A stretch of DNA of 64,000 nt from Solirubrobacterales bacterium (lineage in GTDB: Bacteria; Actinomycetota; Thermoleophilia; Solirubrobacterales; 70-9), in the NCBI GenBank assembly GCA_009691195.1, contig SHVA01000008.1:1785-65784 (forward strand). The letters are read 5' to 3'. Positions within the stretch are counted from its first letter, which is position 1. Every line of letters starts with the position of its first letter. Positions 25,667 through 34,281 of the stretch are shown here, piece by piece. Under the pieces are notes generated by a model that worked only from the letters and a program-made list of their open reading frames with translations, did no database searches and had not been told where the DNA came from. The position numbers and the translations under genes are program-made.

Positions 25667-26884
25667 ATGCTCGATCTCGAAGAGAGCCTCGAGTGGCTCA
25701 GGTCGGAGGGCCTGCACCGGCGCATGCGGGTCGTCTCCTCGCCCCAGGGACCGAGCGTCCTGCTCGACGGCCGGCCCGTGCTGCTGCTCTGCTCCAACAA
25801 CTACCTCGGGCTCGCAGACCACCCCAACGTCCGTCGCGCCGCCTCCGAGGCCGCGAGCCGCTGGGGCGCCAGCGCCGGCTCCTCGCGCCTGATTTCCGGG
25901 CACATGGGGCCCCACGCCGAGCTGGAGGATTCGCTGGCGGACCTCCACGGCGCGCCGTCGGCCCTGCTGTTCGGCTCCGGCTACCTCGCCAACACGGGGA
26001 CGATCCCCGCGCTCGCGGGTCGTGACGAGGTGGTCTTCTCCGATGAGCTCAACCACGCCAGCCTTATCGACGGCTGCCGCCTGGCCCGGGCCGAAACGTT
26101 CATCTACCGCCACGCCGACGTCGACCACCTCGAGTGGGGCCTGCGGAAGGCGGGCGGGCGGGCGGCGCTGATCGTCAGCGACAGCGTCTTCTCGATGGAC
26201 GGCGACGTCGCGCCGCTCGAGCGCCTGGCCGAGCTTGCCGAGCGCCACGGCTGCCGGCTGATGGTCGACGAGGCTCACGCCACCGGCTGCGTCGGCCCCG
26301 GCGGCAGGGGCGTGGTCGCCGAGGCCGGCCTCGATGACCGGGTGGACGTGATCGTCGGGACGCTCGGCAAGTCGCTGGGCGGCTACGGCGCCTACGTCTG
26401 CGGATCGGCGCAGCTGACCGACTACCTGCTCAACACCGCCCGCCCGTTCATCTTCTCGACCGCGCTGCCCCCGCCGGTCGTCGCCGCCGCCCAGGCCGCA
26501 ATCGAGGTGCTGCTGTCGCGGCCCAAGCGCGTCGAGCGCCTCCAGGCGAACGCGACCACGCTCAGGGAGGCGCTGCGCGCCGAGGGCCTGCGGCTCGGCG
26601 AGTCCGAGACGCAGATCGTCCCCCTCCTGGTCGGCGAGGCCGACGACGCGATGGCCCTCTGCGAGGGGGCGCTCGCGCGCGGGGTGTTCGCGCAGGCGAT
26701 CCGGCCGCCGACGGTCGCGGCCGGGACCTGCCGCCTGCGGCTCACCACGATGGCCACCCATCGCGTCAACGACCTGCGCAAGGCGGCCTCCGTGCTCGGC
26801 GAGGTCGCGCGCGATCTCGGCCTCGCTTCGGCCTCCGCACCGCCCAGGCGTGACAACGTGGTGCCCCTGCGCCGCGTCGCCTGA
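25667..26884 (+). CDS. bioF: 8-amino-7-oxononanoate synthase
   Basis: LCSNNYLGLADHP...DELNHASLIDG...SDSVFSMDGD...GTLGKSLG. PLP-dependent acyltransferase pattern. Confidence 0.9.
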   Translation: MLDLEESLEWLRSEGLHRRMRVVSSPQGPSVLLDGRPVLLLCSNNYLGLADHPNVRRAASEAASRWGASAGSSRLISGHMGPHAELEDSLADLHGAPSALLFGSGYLANTGTIPALAGRDEVVFSDELNHASLIDGCRLARAETFIYRHADVDHLEWGLRKAGGRAALIVSDSVFSMDGDVAPLERLAELAERHGCRLMVDEAHATGCVGPGGRGVVAEAGLDDRVDVIVGTLGKSLGGYGAYVCGSAQLTDYLLNTARPFIFSTALPPPVVAAAQAAIEVLLSRPKRVERLQANATTLREALRAEGLRLGESETQIVPLLVGEADDAMALCEGALARGVFAQAIRPPTVAAGTCRLRLTTMATHRVNDLRKAASVLGEVARDLGLASASAPPRRDNVVPLRRVA

Positions 26885-26922
26885 GCGCGGGGGCGCCCGC
26901 CGCACCTAAGCTTGGCCGCTCC

Positions 26923-27546
26923 GTGGTGCTGACCGAGATCAGGCCGAGACTCTGGCGGTGGAGCGTCCGCCACCCCGAGGCGACCCTGAACCCGGCGCCC
27001 GGGAGCGCCTCCGACTGGCCGCCCGAGGTCGGCTGCGTGGCCTGCGCGCTGCCGGACGCGTTCGTCTTCATCGACCCCCTGGTCCCCTCCGACGGCACCA
27101 AGGAGTTCTGGTCCGAGCTGGAGGGCCTGGTCAAAGCCCACGGCAAGCCGGTGCTGGCGCCGACCACGATCAAGTTCCACAGGCGCAGCCGCGATGAGTT
27201 CGTCCGTCGCTTCGGCGCCTCGACGTCCCGGGCGCGGGCGGCCTTGCCCACCGGCATCAAGGGGATCCCGATCCCGGGGGCGGGAGAGACGATGTTCTGG
27301 CTCGAGGGCGATCGCACGCTGGTTCCCGGTGACCGCCTGTTGGGTGACGGAGCGGGAGGGCTGCGGACCTGCCCCGAGTCCTGGCTGGGCTACCTCGCGA
27401 GCGGCATTACCGTCGACGGCCTCCGGGCGGCGATGCGGCCGCTGCTCGAGCATCCGGTGGAGGCCGTCCTCGTATCGCACGGAGAGCCGGTGCTCGAGGG
27501 CGGACGCGCTGCGATCGCCGCCGCGCTCGGCGAAGATGACGCCTGA
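26923..27546 (+). CDS. unknown protein embedded in the biotin operon (possibly a degenerate MBL-like fold)
   Basis: 207 aa with a GTG start. RLWRWSVRHPE...FVFIDPLVP...TTIKFHRRS...VLVSHGEPV. No HxHxDH motif. The stop shares its A with the bioD ATG (TGATG). Confidence 0.5.
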   Translation: MVLTEIRPRLWRWSVRHPEATLNPAPGSASDWPPEVGCVACALPDAFVFIDPLVPSDGTKEFWSELEGLVKAHGKPVLAPTTIKFHRRSRDEFVRRFGASTSRARAALPTGIKGIPIPGAGETMFWLEGDRTLVPGDRLLGDGAGGLRTCPESWLGYLASGITVDGLRAAMRPLLEHPVEAVLVSHGEPVLEGGRAAIAAALGEDDA

Positions 27547-28229
27547 TGCGGGGAGTCTTCGTCACGGGCACCGGGACCGAGGTCGGCAAGACGGTCGTCG
27601 CGGCCGTGATCGCTCGCATGTCGGCCGCCTCGGGCGCCTCGGTGAATGTCTTCAAGCCGGCGGTCAGCGGCCTCGACGACTATCCGACGGTGCCGCTCGC
27701 CGGCCGGGTCTGGTCCAACGCCCCGCGACTCCCCGACCACCTGCTGTTGATGCTCGCCGCCGAGAGCTCCCAGAGCGAGGACGAGATCGCTCCCTATCGC
27801 TTCGGCCCGGCGGTCTCCCCCCATCTGGGCGCCGAGCTGGCCGCTGCGCCGATCGAGCCGGCGAAGCTGCTCGAAGCGGCCACCGAGGCCGGCGCAGGGG
27901 CGGACCTGCTCGTTTGCGAGGGGGTGGGCGGCTTCCTGGTGCCGCTCGCCGACGACTACCTGGTCCGCGACCTGGCGCGGGCGCTGGAGCTGCCGATCGT
28001 GATCGCCGCGGGTCCCGGGCTGGGCACCATCAACCACACGCTGCTCACGGTCGAGGCGGTGCGGTCGGCCGGGCTGGAGGTGTTGATGGTGGTCCTGACC
28101 CCGTGGCCGGAGGTACCCGGCGAGCTCGAGCTCAGCAACCTTCGATCCATCGAACGCCTCGCCGCCGTCCCGGTGAAGACGCTTCCGACCCTCGATCTCA
28201 CCCGGCCCGAGAGCTGGCCGCGGCTCTAG
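27546..28229 (+). CDS. bioD: dethiobiotin synthase
   Basis: MRGVFVTGTGTEVGKTVVAAVIA... P-loop, then CEGVGGFLVPL. Confidence 0.9.
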   Translation: MRGVFVTGTGTEVGKTVVAAVIARMSAASGASVNVFKPAVSGLDDYPTVPLAGRVWSNAPRLPDHLLLMLAAESSQSEDEIAPYRFGPAVSPHLGAELAAAPIEPAKLLEAATEAGAGADLLVCEGVGGFLVPLADDYLVRDLARALELPIVIAAGPGLGTINHTLLTVEAVRSAGLEVLMVVLTPWPEVPGELELSNLRSIERLAAVPVKTLPTLDLTRPESWPRL

Positions 28230-28233
28230 CGGC

Positions 28234-29739
28234 CTAGGCGAACTCGGCGCCCGTCGCGGTATCGCTGCGGGCGGGGGCCGAGGCCTTCGCTGCCTGGGAG
28301 TCCTCGGCCTGGGCCTGACTCCCGGACCGGATCATCGATACCGCGATCACGGCTCCCGCCGCGGCGACCGCGGTCGAGAGCCGCATCGAGCTCGAGAGCG
28401 CGTGGACGAAGGTCTCCTTGGCCTGCTCGGGGGCCGAGCCCAGCCTGGCGGGGTTGAGGTCCCCCGCCTTTGACTGGAACAGGGCACCGGTCGCGGCGAC
28501 GCCGAAGCTTCCGCCGACCATCCGGCTCATCGACAGCAGCCCCGACGCGATCCCGGCCTTGTTGGTCGAGACCGCGTTCATCGCGGCCGTTGACATCGGC
28601 GACATCACCAGCGCGATGCCGGCGCCCATCAGGATGAAGGCGGGCAGCAGGTCGATGTACTCGGTCGTGGTCGTGATCTGCGTCTGCAGGTAGAGCGAGG
28701 CGGCGACGATCGAGAGCCCCGCGGTGATCGGCCAGCGGGCGCCGATCCGGTCCGTCAGCCGTCCCGAAAGCGGCGCGATGATCACGATCATGAGCGTCGT
28801 CGGCAGGAAGCGGATGCCGGCCTCGAGCGGCGAGTAGCCGAGGATGTCCTGCATGTAGAGCGCCAGGAAGAAGAACATCCCCAGCATCGAGAAGGTGACG
28901 ACGAAGGCGACCACCGTGGCACCGATGAAGGTGCGGTCACGGAAGAGCCCGAACTCGACCATCGGTGCCTTGACCCGAAGCTCGACCAGGATGAACAGGG
29001 CTCCGATCAGGATGGAGCCGGCGATCAGCGAGACGATCGCGGGCGAGCCCCAACCCCAGCTGTTGCCCTCGACCAGCGCCAGGACGAGCGCCGTCAGCGA
29101 CCCGGTCAGGGTCAGCACCCCGAGGTAGTCGACCTCGCGCCCGACGGTCGTGTCGCGAGACTCGCGCACCGCGAACACCGAGGCGACGACCGCTCCGATC
29201 CCCACGGGGACGTTGAGATAGAAGATCGACTGCCAGGAGACGTTCTCGGTCAGGAAGCCGCCGACCACGGGACCGACCGCCAGCGCCAGCGCCGAGACGC
29301 CGGCCCAGGTGCCGATCGCACGGCCGCGCTCGCGCGCGGGGAAGGCGTCGGTGATGATCGACAGGGTCGCGGGCATCATGAAGGCGGCACCGACGCCCTG
29401 GACCACGCGCGCCGCGACCAGCATCCAGATCTCGGTTGAGAGCCCGGCGGCTGCGGATGAGAGCGTGAAGACGGTGACGCCGAAGATGAAGCCGCGGCGG
29501 CGGCCGAAGATGTCTCCGAGGCGCCCGCCCGTGGCGAGCAGCACCGCGAAGGAGAGCGTGAAGCCGTTGATGGTCCACTCGAGGCCGGAGAGGCTGGCGC
29601 CGAGGTCGCGCTGGATCGACGGCAGGGCCACATTGACCACCGTGTTGTCGAGCATGATCATGAACAGGGCGAAGCACATCGCTCCGAGCGTCCACCACTT
29701 GCGGTTGTCTTCGGTGATCAGGTGGCGGTAGCGCGTCAT
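28234..29739 (-). CDS. MFS transporter, DHA2 (EmrB/QacA, 14-TMS) family
   Basis: WWTLGAMCFALFMIMLDNTVVNVALPSIQRDL...GGRLGDIFGRRR. 501 aa. Confidence 0.88.
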   Translation of the reverse strand: MTRYRHLITEDNRKWWTLGAMCFALFMIMLDNTVVNVALPSIQRDLGASLSGLEWTINGFTLSFAVLLATGGRLGDIFGRRRGFIFGVTVFTLSSAAAGLSTEIWMLVAARVVQGVGAAFMMPATLSIITDAFPARERGRAIGTWAGVSALALAVGPVVGGFLTENVSWQSIFYLNVPVGIGAVVASVFAVRESRDTTVGREVDYLGVLTLTGSLTALVLALVEGNSWGWGSPAIVSLIAGSILIGALFILVELRVKAPMVEFGLFRDRTFIGATVVAFVVTFSMLGMFFFLALYMQDILGYSPLEAGIRFLPTTLMIVIIAPLSGRLTDRIGARWPITAGLSIVAASLYLQTQITTTTEYIDLLPAFILMGAGIALVMSPMSTAAMNAVSTNKAGIASGLLSMSRMVGGSFGVAATGALFQSKAGDLNPARLGSAPEQAKETFVHALSSSMRLSTAVAAAGAVIAVSMIRSGSQAQAEDSQAAKASAPARSDTATGAEFA

Positions 29740-30254
29740 CGGCGCAACCTGCGTTCATGGTTTCGGTAGATCTCGGCGATCTCGTCGCGCTTCACGAGCG
29801 CGTCGAGTGCCGTCTCAAGTTTCTTCCGCTCGGGAGCGGTCAGTGTGGCCGCGAAGTCCTCGAGGCCGGCCAGGCGGGCGGAGAGGATCCTGTCGGCGAT
29901 CCGCCGACCCTTGGCGCTCAGGGTGACGCGGCGGACGCGCCGGTCCTCGGCGTCCTCGACGCGGGTCGCGAGGCCCTTCTTGACCAGGCCCTCGGCCGCG
30001 CGACTGGCGGAGGGGGGAGAAATCCCGAGCGTCTCGGAGAGGGCGGTGACGGTGGAGCTGGACTCGGGCTCCTGCAGCGTCATAAGCGTCTTCATCTGGA
30101 CGAATGTGAGGCCGCTCTCGTCGATCACCTGAAGGACGTCGCCGCCACGGCCACCGAAGCAGTGGATCATCACCGAGCCGAGGCGCAGGGCCAACTCGGT
30201 GTCGGCGTCGCTCGCCTTGGGGGGCAGAGGGGTTGACTTCGTCGCTGCTTCCAT
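29736..30254 (-). CDS. MarR family transcriptional regulator
   Basis: ATG 30254 lies inside ORF 29736-30359. Winged-helix region LTFVQMKTLMTLQE...VTALSETLGISPPSASRAAEGLVKKGLATRVEDAEDRRVRRVTLSAKG. The stop overlaps the MFS ATG (ATGA). Confidence 0.85.
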   Translation of the reverse strand: MEAATKSTPLPPKASDADTELALRLGSVMIHCFGGRGGDVLQVIDESGLTFVQMKTLMTLQEPESSSTVTALSETLGISPPSASRAAEGLVKKGLATRVEDAEDRRVRRVTLSAKGRRIADRILSARLAGLEDFAATLTAPERKKLETALDALVKRDEIAEIYRNHERRLRR

Positions 30255-30286
30255 TTTAGGAAAGGTTACAGGCCTAAAAGCTTTCC
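30254..30286. promoter_or_regulatory. AT-rich nested inverted repeats in the marR/crcB divergent spacer (putative MarR operator)
   Basis: TTTTAGG (30254-30260) pairs with CCTAAAA (30273-30279), and GGAAAG (30259-30264) pairs with CTTTCC (30281-30286). This is the only strongly AT-rich stretch in this neighbourhood. Confidence 0.45.
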
Positions 30287-30300
30287 ACAACTGAATAGGT

Positions 30301-30714
30301 ATGACGTGCGTCACACAAGCCCGTCCTGGCTCGCCGCAATCATCCTGGCCCGTGACCATCGTCGCCCTCGCGATCGCCGGCGCGGCGGGAGTGCTCGCCC
30401 GCTATGGCATCTCCAACGCCTTCCACGGCGCCACCCTCTCGTGGGCGACCGTCGCGATCAACGTCGTCGGCTCCTTCCTCCTGGGCTGCCTGATCGTGAT
30501 GCCCGCGAGCTGGATCTCCGGGGATGCGCGAACCGTGCTCGGGGTGGGCCTGCTCGGAGGGTTCACGACCTTCTCCACCTTCTCCGTCCAGGCGTTCCTC
30601 GACTTCGAGACGGGAGAGCCGTTGAGGGCCCTCGCCTACATCGCGGCGTCCGTCCTGCTGGGCCTGGCGGCTGCCGCGGCCGGCTACTACCTCACGCGCT
30701 CCCTGGTCCATTGA
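30301..30714 (+). CDS. crcB: fluoride ion channel CrcB/FluC
   Basis: LARYGIS...INVVGSFLLG...GLLGGFTTFSTFS. The start may instead be GTG 30352. Confidence 0.88.
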   Translation: MTCVTQARPGSPQSSWPVTIVALAIAGAAGVLARYGISNAFHGATLSWATVAINVVGSFLLGCLIVMPASWISGDARTVLGVGLLGGFTTFSTFSVQAFLDFETGEPLRALAYIAASVLLGLAAAAAGYYLTRSLVH

Positions 30715-30766
30715 GCAGGCGCCCTCAGGCGCGGTTCCGCCGCGGCGACAACTATCGTCGCCCGCG

Positions 30767-32107
30767 GTGAGGGAGACAATCGACGCCCAGGTCGACGAGA
30801 GCCATCTCTGGCATCCGTTCACGCAGATGGAGGACTGGGCCGACGACGAGGCGCTGGTGATCGAGCGGGCCGAGGGCTGCGAGCTGATCGACACCGAGGG
30901 TCGCCGCTACCTCGACGGGGTCTCATCGTTGTGGTGCAACGTCCACGGCCACCGCCACCCGCTGATAGACCGGGCGATACGCGACCAACTCGACCGCGTC
31001 GCGCACTCGACCATGCTCGGGCTCTCGCACCCCGGCGCAGAGGAGCTCGCCTCGAGGCTCGTCGAGATCGCACCCCCCGGCCTCTCGCGCGTCTTCTACT
31101 CCGACTCCGGCTCGACCGCCACCGAGGTGGCGCTGAAGATGGCCTTCCAGTACTGGCAGCAGCTCGGCGGCCAGCACGTCCGCCGCAAGTCCTTCGTCAG
31201 CCTGCGCAACGCCTACCACGGGGACACGATCGGATCGGTCTCCGTCGGCGGCATCGACCTCTTCCACGGCAAGTACCGCCCGCTGCTGTTCGGCACCCAC
31301 CAGGCCGAGCCGGGCGACATCGACGAGATGGCGCGGATCGTCGCGACGCACGAGGAGGAGATCGCGGCCGTGATCGTCGAGCCGCTGGTCCAGGGCGCCG
31401 CCGGCATCCTGGTGCACCCGCCCGGCTACCTCCGGGCCGTTCGCGAGATCTGCGACCGGCACGGCCTCTTCCTGATCTGCGACGAGGTCGCGACGGGCTT
31501 CGGCCGGACCGGAACCATGTTCGCCTGCGAGCGCGAGCGGGTGGCGCCTGACTTCCTCTGCCTGGCGAAGGGCCTCACGGGCGGCTACATGCCGCTCGCG
31601 GCGACCCTGACCACCGAGCGGATCTACGAGGGCTTTCTCGGCTCCTACGAGGAGTACCGCACCTTCTTTCACGGGCATACCTACACCGGCAACCCGCTCG
31701 CCTGCGCGGCGGCCATCGCCTGCCTGGACACGTTCAGGGAGGAGCGGACGCTGCTGCGCCTGCAGCCCAAGATCCGAATGCTCGGGGAGATGCTCGACCA
31801 GATGGGCGAGATGCCCGAGGTCGCCGAGGTTCGCCGGCAGGGCTTCATGGTCGGCATAGACCTCGGCGAGCACGACCCGGGCCTCCAGCTCGGTCACCGC
31901 GTCACCCTCGAGGCGCGCCGGCGCGGCGCGATCGTTCGCCCGCTCGGCAACGTGATCGTGTTGATGCCACCGCTGTCGATCTCCAAGCAGGAGCTGGTGA
32001 GGCTGGTCGCGATCACCGGGGCTTCGATTCGCGCCGCCTCCGCGGAGCTGGCCGGCGAGCCGGAGGCGTCGGGGCGCATCGGCGCGGCCCTGCTCGAAGC
32101 GGCGTAG
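30767..32107 (+). CDS. bioA: adenosylmethionine-8-amino-7-oxononanoate aminotransferase
   Basis: LWHPFTQM...YSDSGSTATEVALKMA...DEVATGFGRTG...LAKGLTGGY. GTG start. Confidence 0.9.
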   Translation: MRETIDAQVDESHLWHPFTQMEDWADDEALVIERAEGCELIDTEGRRYLDGVSSLWCNVHGHRHPLIDRAIRDQLDRVAHSTMLGLSHPGAEELASRLVEIAPPGLSRVFYSDSGSTATEVALKMAFQYWQQLGGQHVRRKSFVSLRNAYHGDTIGSVSVGGIDLFHGKYRPLLFGTHQAEPGDIDEMARIVATHEEEIAAVIVEPLVQGAAGILVHPPGYLRAVREICDRHGLFLICDEVATGFGRTGTMFACERERVAPDFLCLAKGLTGGYMPLAATLTTERIYEGFLGSYEEYRTFFHGHTYTGNPLACAAAIACLDTFREERTLLRLQPKIRMLGEMLDQMGEMPEVAEVRRQGFMVGIDLGEHDPGLQLGHRVTLEARRRGAIVRPLGNVIVLMPPLSISKQELVRLVAITGASIRAASAELAGEPEASGRIGAALLEAA

Positions 32108-32286
32108 GACGAACCGCTCGGCCGGCGGGTCCTGTCCGGTGCGGTGCGGTACCCCCCCGCCTGCGGTATGGGAATGTCCTCGGCGGGGCCTCCGTGTGGG
32201 CCGAACGGCCTACAACACCGGCCACCCGCCGGAGGAGCGTCTCGACACTTCCGATGATGAAACACCCGTTCGTGCGTAGTCCCGGT

Positions 32287-32829
32287 ATGAGCAGCGTCGC
32301 AGCCATGGTGCCCACCCCCACCCAGCCAGCCGAAGTCACGTCCACCGGAGACCTCGTATTCGAGGAGCTTTATCGCGAGAGCCGGGACGATGTATTTGCG
32401 TATGTCGCCGGATTGCTGAGGGATCGGTCGGCGGCGGAGGAGGTGACGGCTCAGGCGTTCGAGCGGGCCTATCGCAAGCGAGGGCAGTTCCGGCGGGCAC
32501 GTGGAAGCGGACGGGCTTGGTTGTTCGGGATCGCTCGCAACGCAGCGCTGGATGAGCTGCGGCGGCGGTCGAAGCTGGCGCCGATGCCGGAGGCCGAGCA
32601 GGGCTCGGCCGATCCTGACCCCGGCGAGGTGGCGGTCCGCCTTTGTGCGCTACGTGACGCCATCGCGACCCTGAACGCACGAGAGCGCGAGCTGGTCGCC
32701 CTCAAGTTCTTCGCCGGCCTCTCCAACGCCGAGATCGCCCAGGTGATCGGCGTCAGCGAGACCAACGCCGGCAGCAAATTGCACCGAACGATCGAGAAGC
32801 TGAGGAGGCATGCAAATGAGGCTGCGTGA
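32287..32829 (+). CDS. ECF sigma factor
   Basis: FEELYRESRDDVFAYVAGLL...AWLFGIARNAALDELRRR...LSNAEIAQVIGVSETNAGSKLHRTIEKLR. ATG 32287 lies inside ORF 32194-32829. Confidence 0.85.
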   Translation: MSSVAAMVPTPTQPAEVTSTGDLVFEELYRESRDDVFAYVAGLLRDRSAAEEVTAQAFERAYRKRGQFRRARGSGRAWLFGIARNAALDELRRRSKLAPMPEAEQGSADPDPGEVAVRLCALRDAIATLNARERELVALKFFAGLSNAEIAQVIGVSETNAGSKLHRTIEKLRRHANEAA

Positions 32830-34036
32830 GCGTGAGCTCGACCCCGAGGTCCGCCGCCGGCTGACGGCGGTCGACGCCTCCCTCGCCGGCGAGCCGGTCG
32901 ACCCCGAGCTGGCCGACCTCGCGGCGTTCGCCACCGAGCTCCGCGACGACGCCCCGCCGGTCGATCCGCGCTTCGCCGCGGAGCTGGATGCCCTCGTCGC
33001 CGAGGGCTTCCCCACAGCGCAGCCGGACTTTGGTGGACCCGTGAAGCCGCCTTCGAACAGGGCCAGGACTCGTTTCGCTTCGTTGCACAGGCGCCCCCTG
33101 CTCCCGATTCTCGCCGGCGCGACAACGATCGTGATCGTCGCGGGGGTGGTGGCAGCGACGCAATTCCACGCTGGTACGGGCGACTTCGAGTCCGGCGACT
33201 CGTTGCTCCGCAAGCAGCTCTCCGAGGAGCCCGCGCCGCCGGGCACAGCCGACGTAACAGAGAGCCTTCGTCGGCTGGATGCGAAACGAGGAAGCGACAA
33301 GGCGATCGTCGAGGCCAGCGCGACGAGCGACGCTGCAGCACGGGTAAACCGCCCCCACACCGCCAAGGACCGGCGCTTCGAGCAGCAGGCCGCATCGCTG
33401 ACGCTGTCGGCCGATCCCGCCCAGGTCCAGGACGTCTCCGGCGAGGTTCGGGACGTGGCCGAGCGCTACGACGGCTTCGTCCAGGATTCGGCCGTCAGCG
33501 TCAACGGCGACAGGGCGCGGGCGAGCTTCAGCCTGCTGGTCCCGGCCGCCAACCTGCAGGCGGCGATCTTGGACCTCTCCGACCTCGCCAACGTCACCGC
33601 CAGCGACTTCAACACCGACGACGTCACCGGCAGCTACGCGACCGCGGGCAAGCGCCTCAGCGCCGCCCGGGCCGAGGTGCAGAAGCTGCTCCGCAAGCTC
33701 GAGGACGCGAGCTCGGTGTCAGAGGCGGCAAGCCTGCGCCAGCAGCTCCAGATCGCGCGGGGCGAGCTCGCGTCGGCCCGCGGTGGGCTCCGCGACGTCA
33801 AGCAGTCGGTCAACTACGCGCCGATCAGCCTCACGATCACCGGCAGCGGCGACGGGGACGGCTGGTCGATCGGCGACGCCGCCAAGGACGCCGTGGACGT
33901 GCTCGAGGCGGTCGGCGGAGCGATCCTGATCGCGCTCGCAGTGCTGGTCCCCGTCGGCCTGGTCGGCGGCGTGATCTGGCTGGCGGGGACGCGGCTGGTC
34001 AGGCGCCGTCGCGAGAGCGTGCTCGACCAGGACTGA
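32810..34036 (+). CDS. membrane protein with DUF4349-like extracytoplasmic domain, putative anti-sigma factor
   Basis: It overlaps the sigma gene by 20 nt and has a GAGGAGG RBS. Acidic N-terminal segment, TM helix (LLPILAGATTIVIVAGVVAA), coiled-coil-rich domain and a C-terminal TM helix. No HxxxCxxC motif. Confidence 0.6.
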   Translation: MQMRLRERELDPEVRRRLTAVDASLAGEPVDPELADLAAFATELRDDAPPVDPRFAAELDALVAEGFPTAQPDFGGPVKPPSNRARTRFASLHRRPLLPILAGATTIVIVAGVVAATQFHAGTGDFESGDSLLRKQLSEEPAPPGTADVTESLRRLDAKRGSDKAIVEASATSDAAARVNRPHTAKDRRFEQQAASLTLSADPAQVQDVSGEVRDVAERYDGFVQDSAVSVNGDRARASFSLLVPAANLQAAILDLSDLANVTASDFNTDDVTGSYATAGKRLSAARAEVQKLLRKLEDASSVSEAASLRQQLQIARGELASARGGLRDVKQSVNYAPISLTITGSGDGDGWSIGDAAKDAVDVLEAVGGAILIALAVLVPVGLVGGVIWLAGTRLVRRRRESVLDQD

Positions 34037-34039
34037 GCC

Positions 34040-34225
34040 CTACTCCTCGTAGGGCTCGAAGTCGGTCTTGCGGGCGCCGCAGACCGGGCAGAACCAGTCG
34101 TCGGGGATTTCGGCGAAGGCGGTTCCGGGCGGCACGCCGCCGTCGGGGTCGCCCTCCGCGGGGTCGTAGATGAATCCGCAGGAGGTGCAGATCCATAGCT
34201 TTGCGGTCTCGGTGCCGGCCTCCAT
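34040..34225 (-). CDS. rubredoxin
   Basis: [61 protein letters not shown], with two CxxC pairs. ATG 34225 lies inside ORF 34040-34387. Confidence 0.9.
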   Translation of the reverse strand: MEAGTETAKLWICTSCGFIYDPAEGDPDGGVPPGTAFAEIPDDWFCPVCGARKTDFEPYEE

Positions 34226-34281
34226 CGGGCGGGAGAGTAGCGAAGCCTCCCGCGGCGGGTGTCCTCTAGGGTGACGCCGAC

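Noticed and set aside
24473-26905. 810-aa ORF antisense to bioB and bioF
   Set aside because: It spans two clearly recognisable sense genes, and its translation is low-complexity (runs of R, G, D, E, A, V). Shadow ORF.
30255-30351. Fluoride riboswitch (crcB motif) upstream of crcB
   Set aside because: I looked for the conserved GGnGAUG ... CGCC ... CUGAUG ... CUAC arrangement with its small hairpin and could not fit it. The AT-rich repeats there are better explained as a MarR operator and promoter. A covariance-model scan would be decisive.
32108-32286. ECF-type promoter upstream of the second sigma factor (GGAATG-N17-CGTGT around 32170-32205)
   Set aside because: The match is weak, there are several alternative placements, and no second copy exists for comparison. 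It is not supportable from sequence alone.
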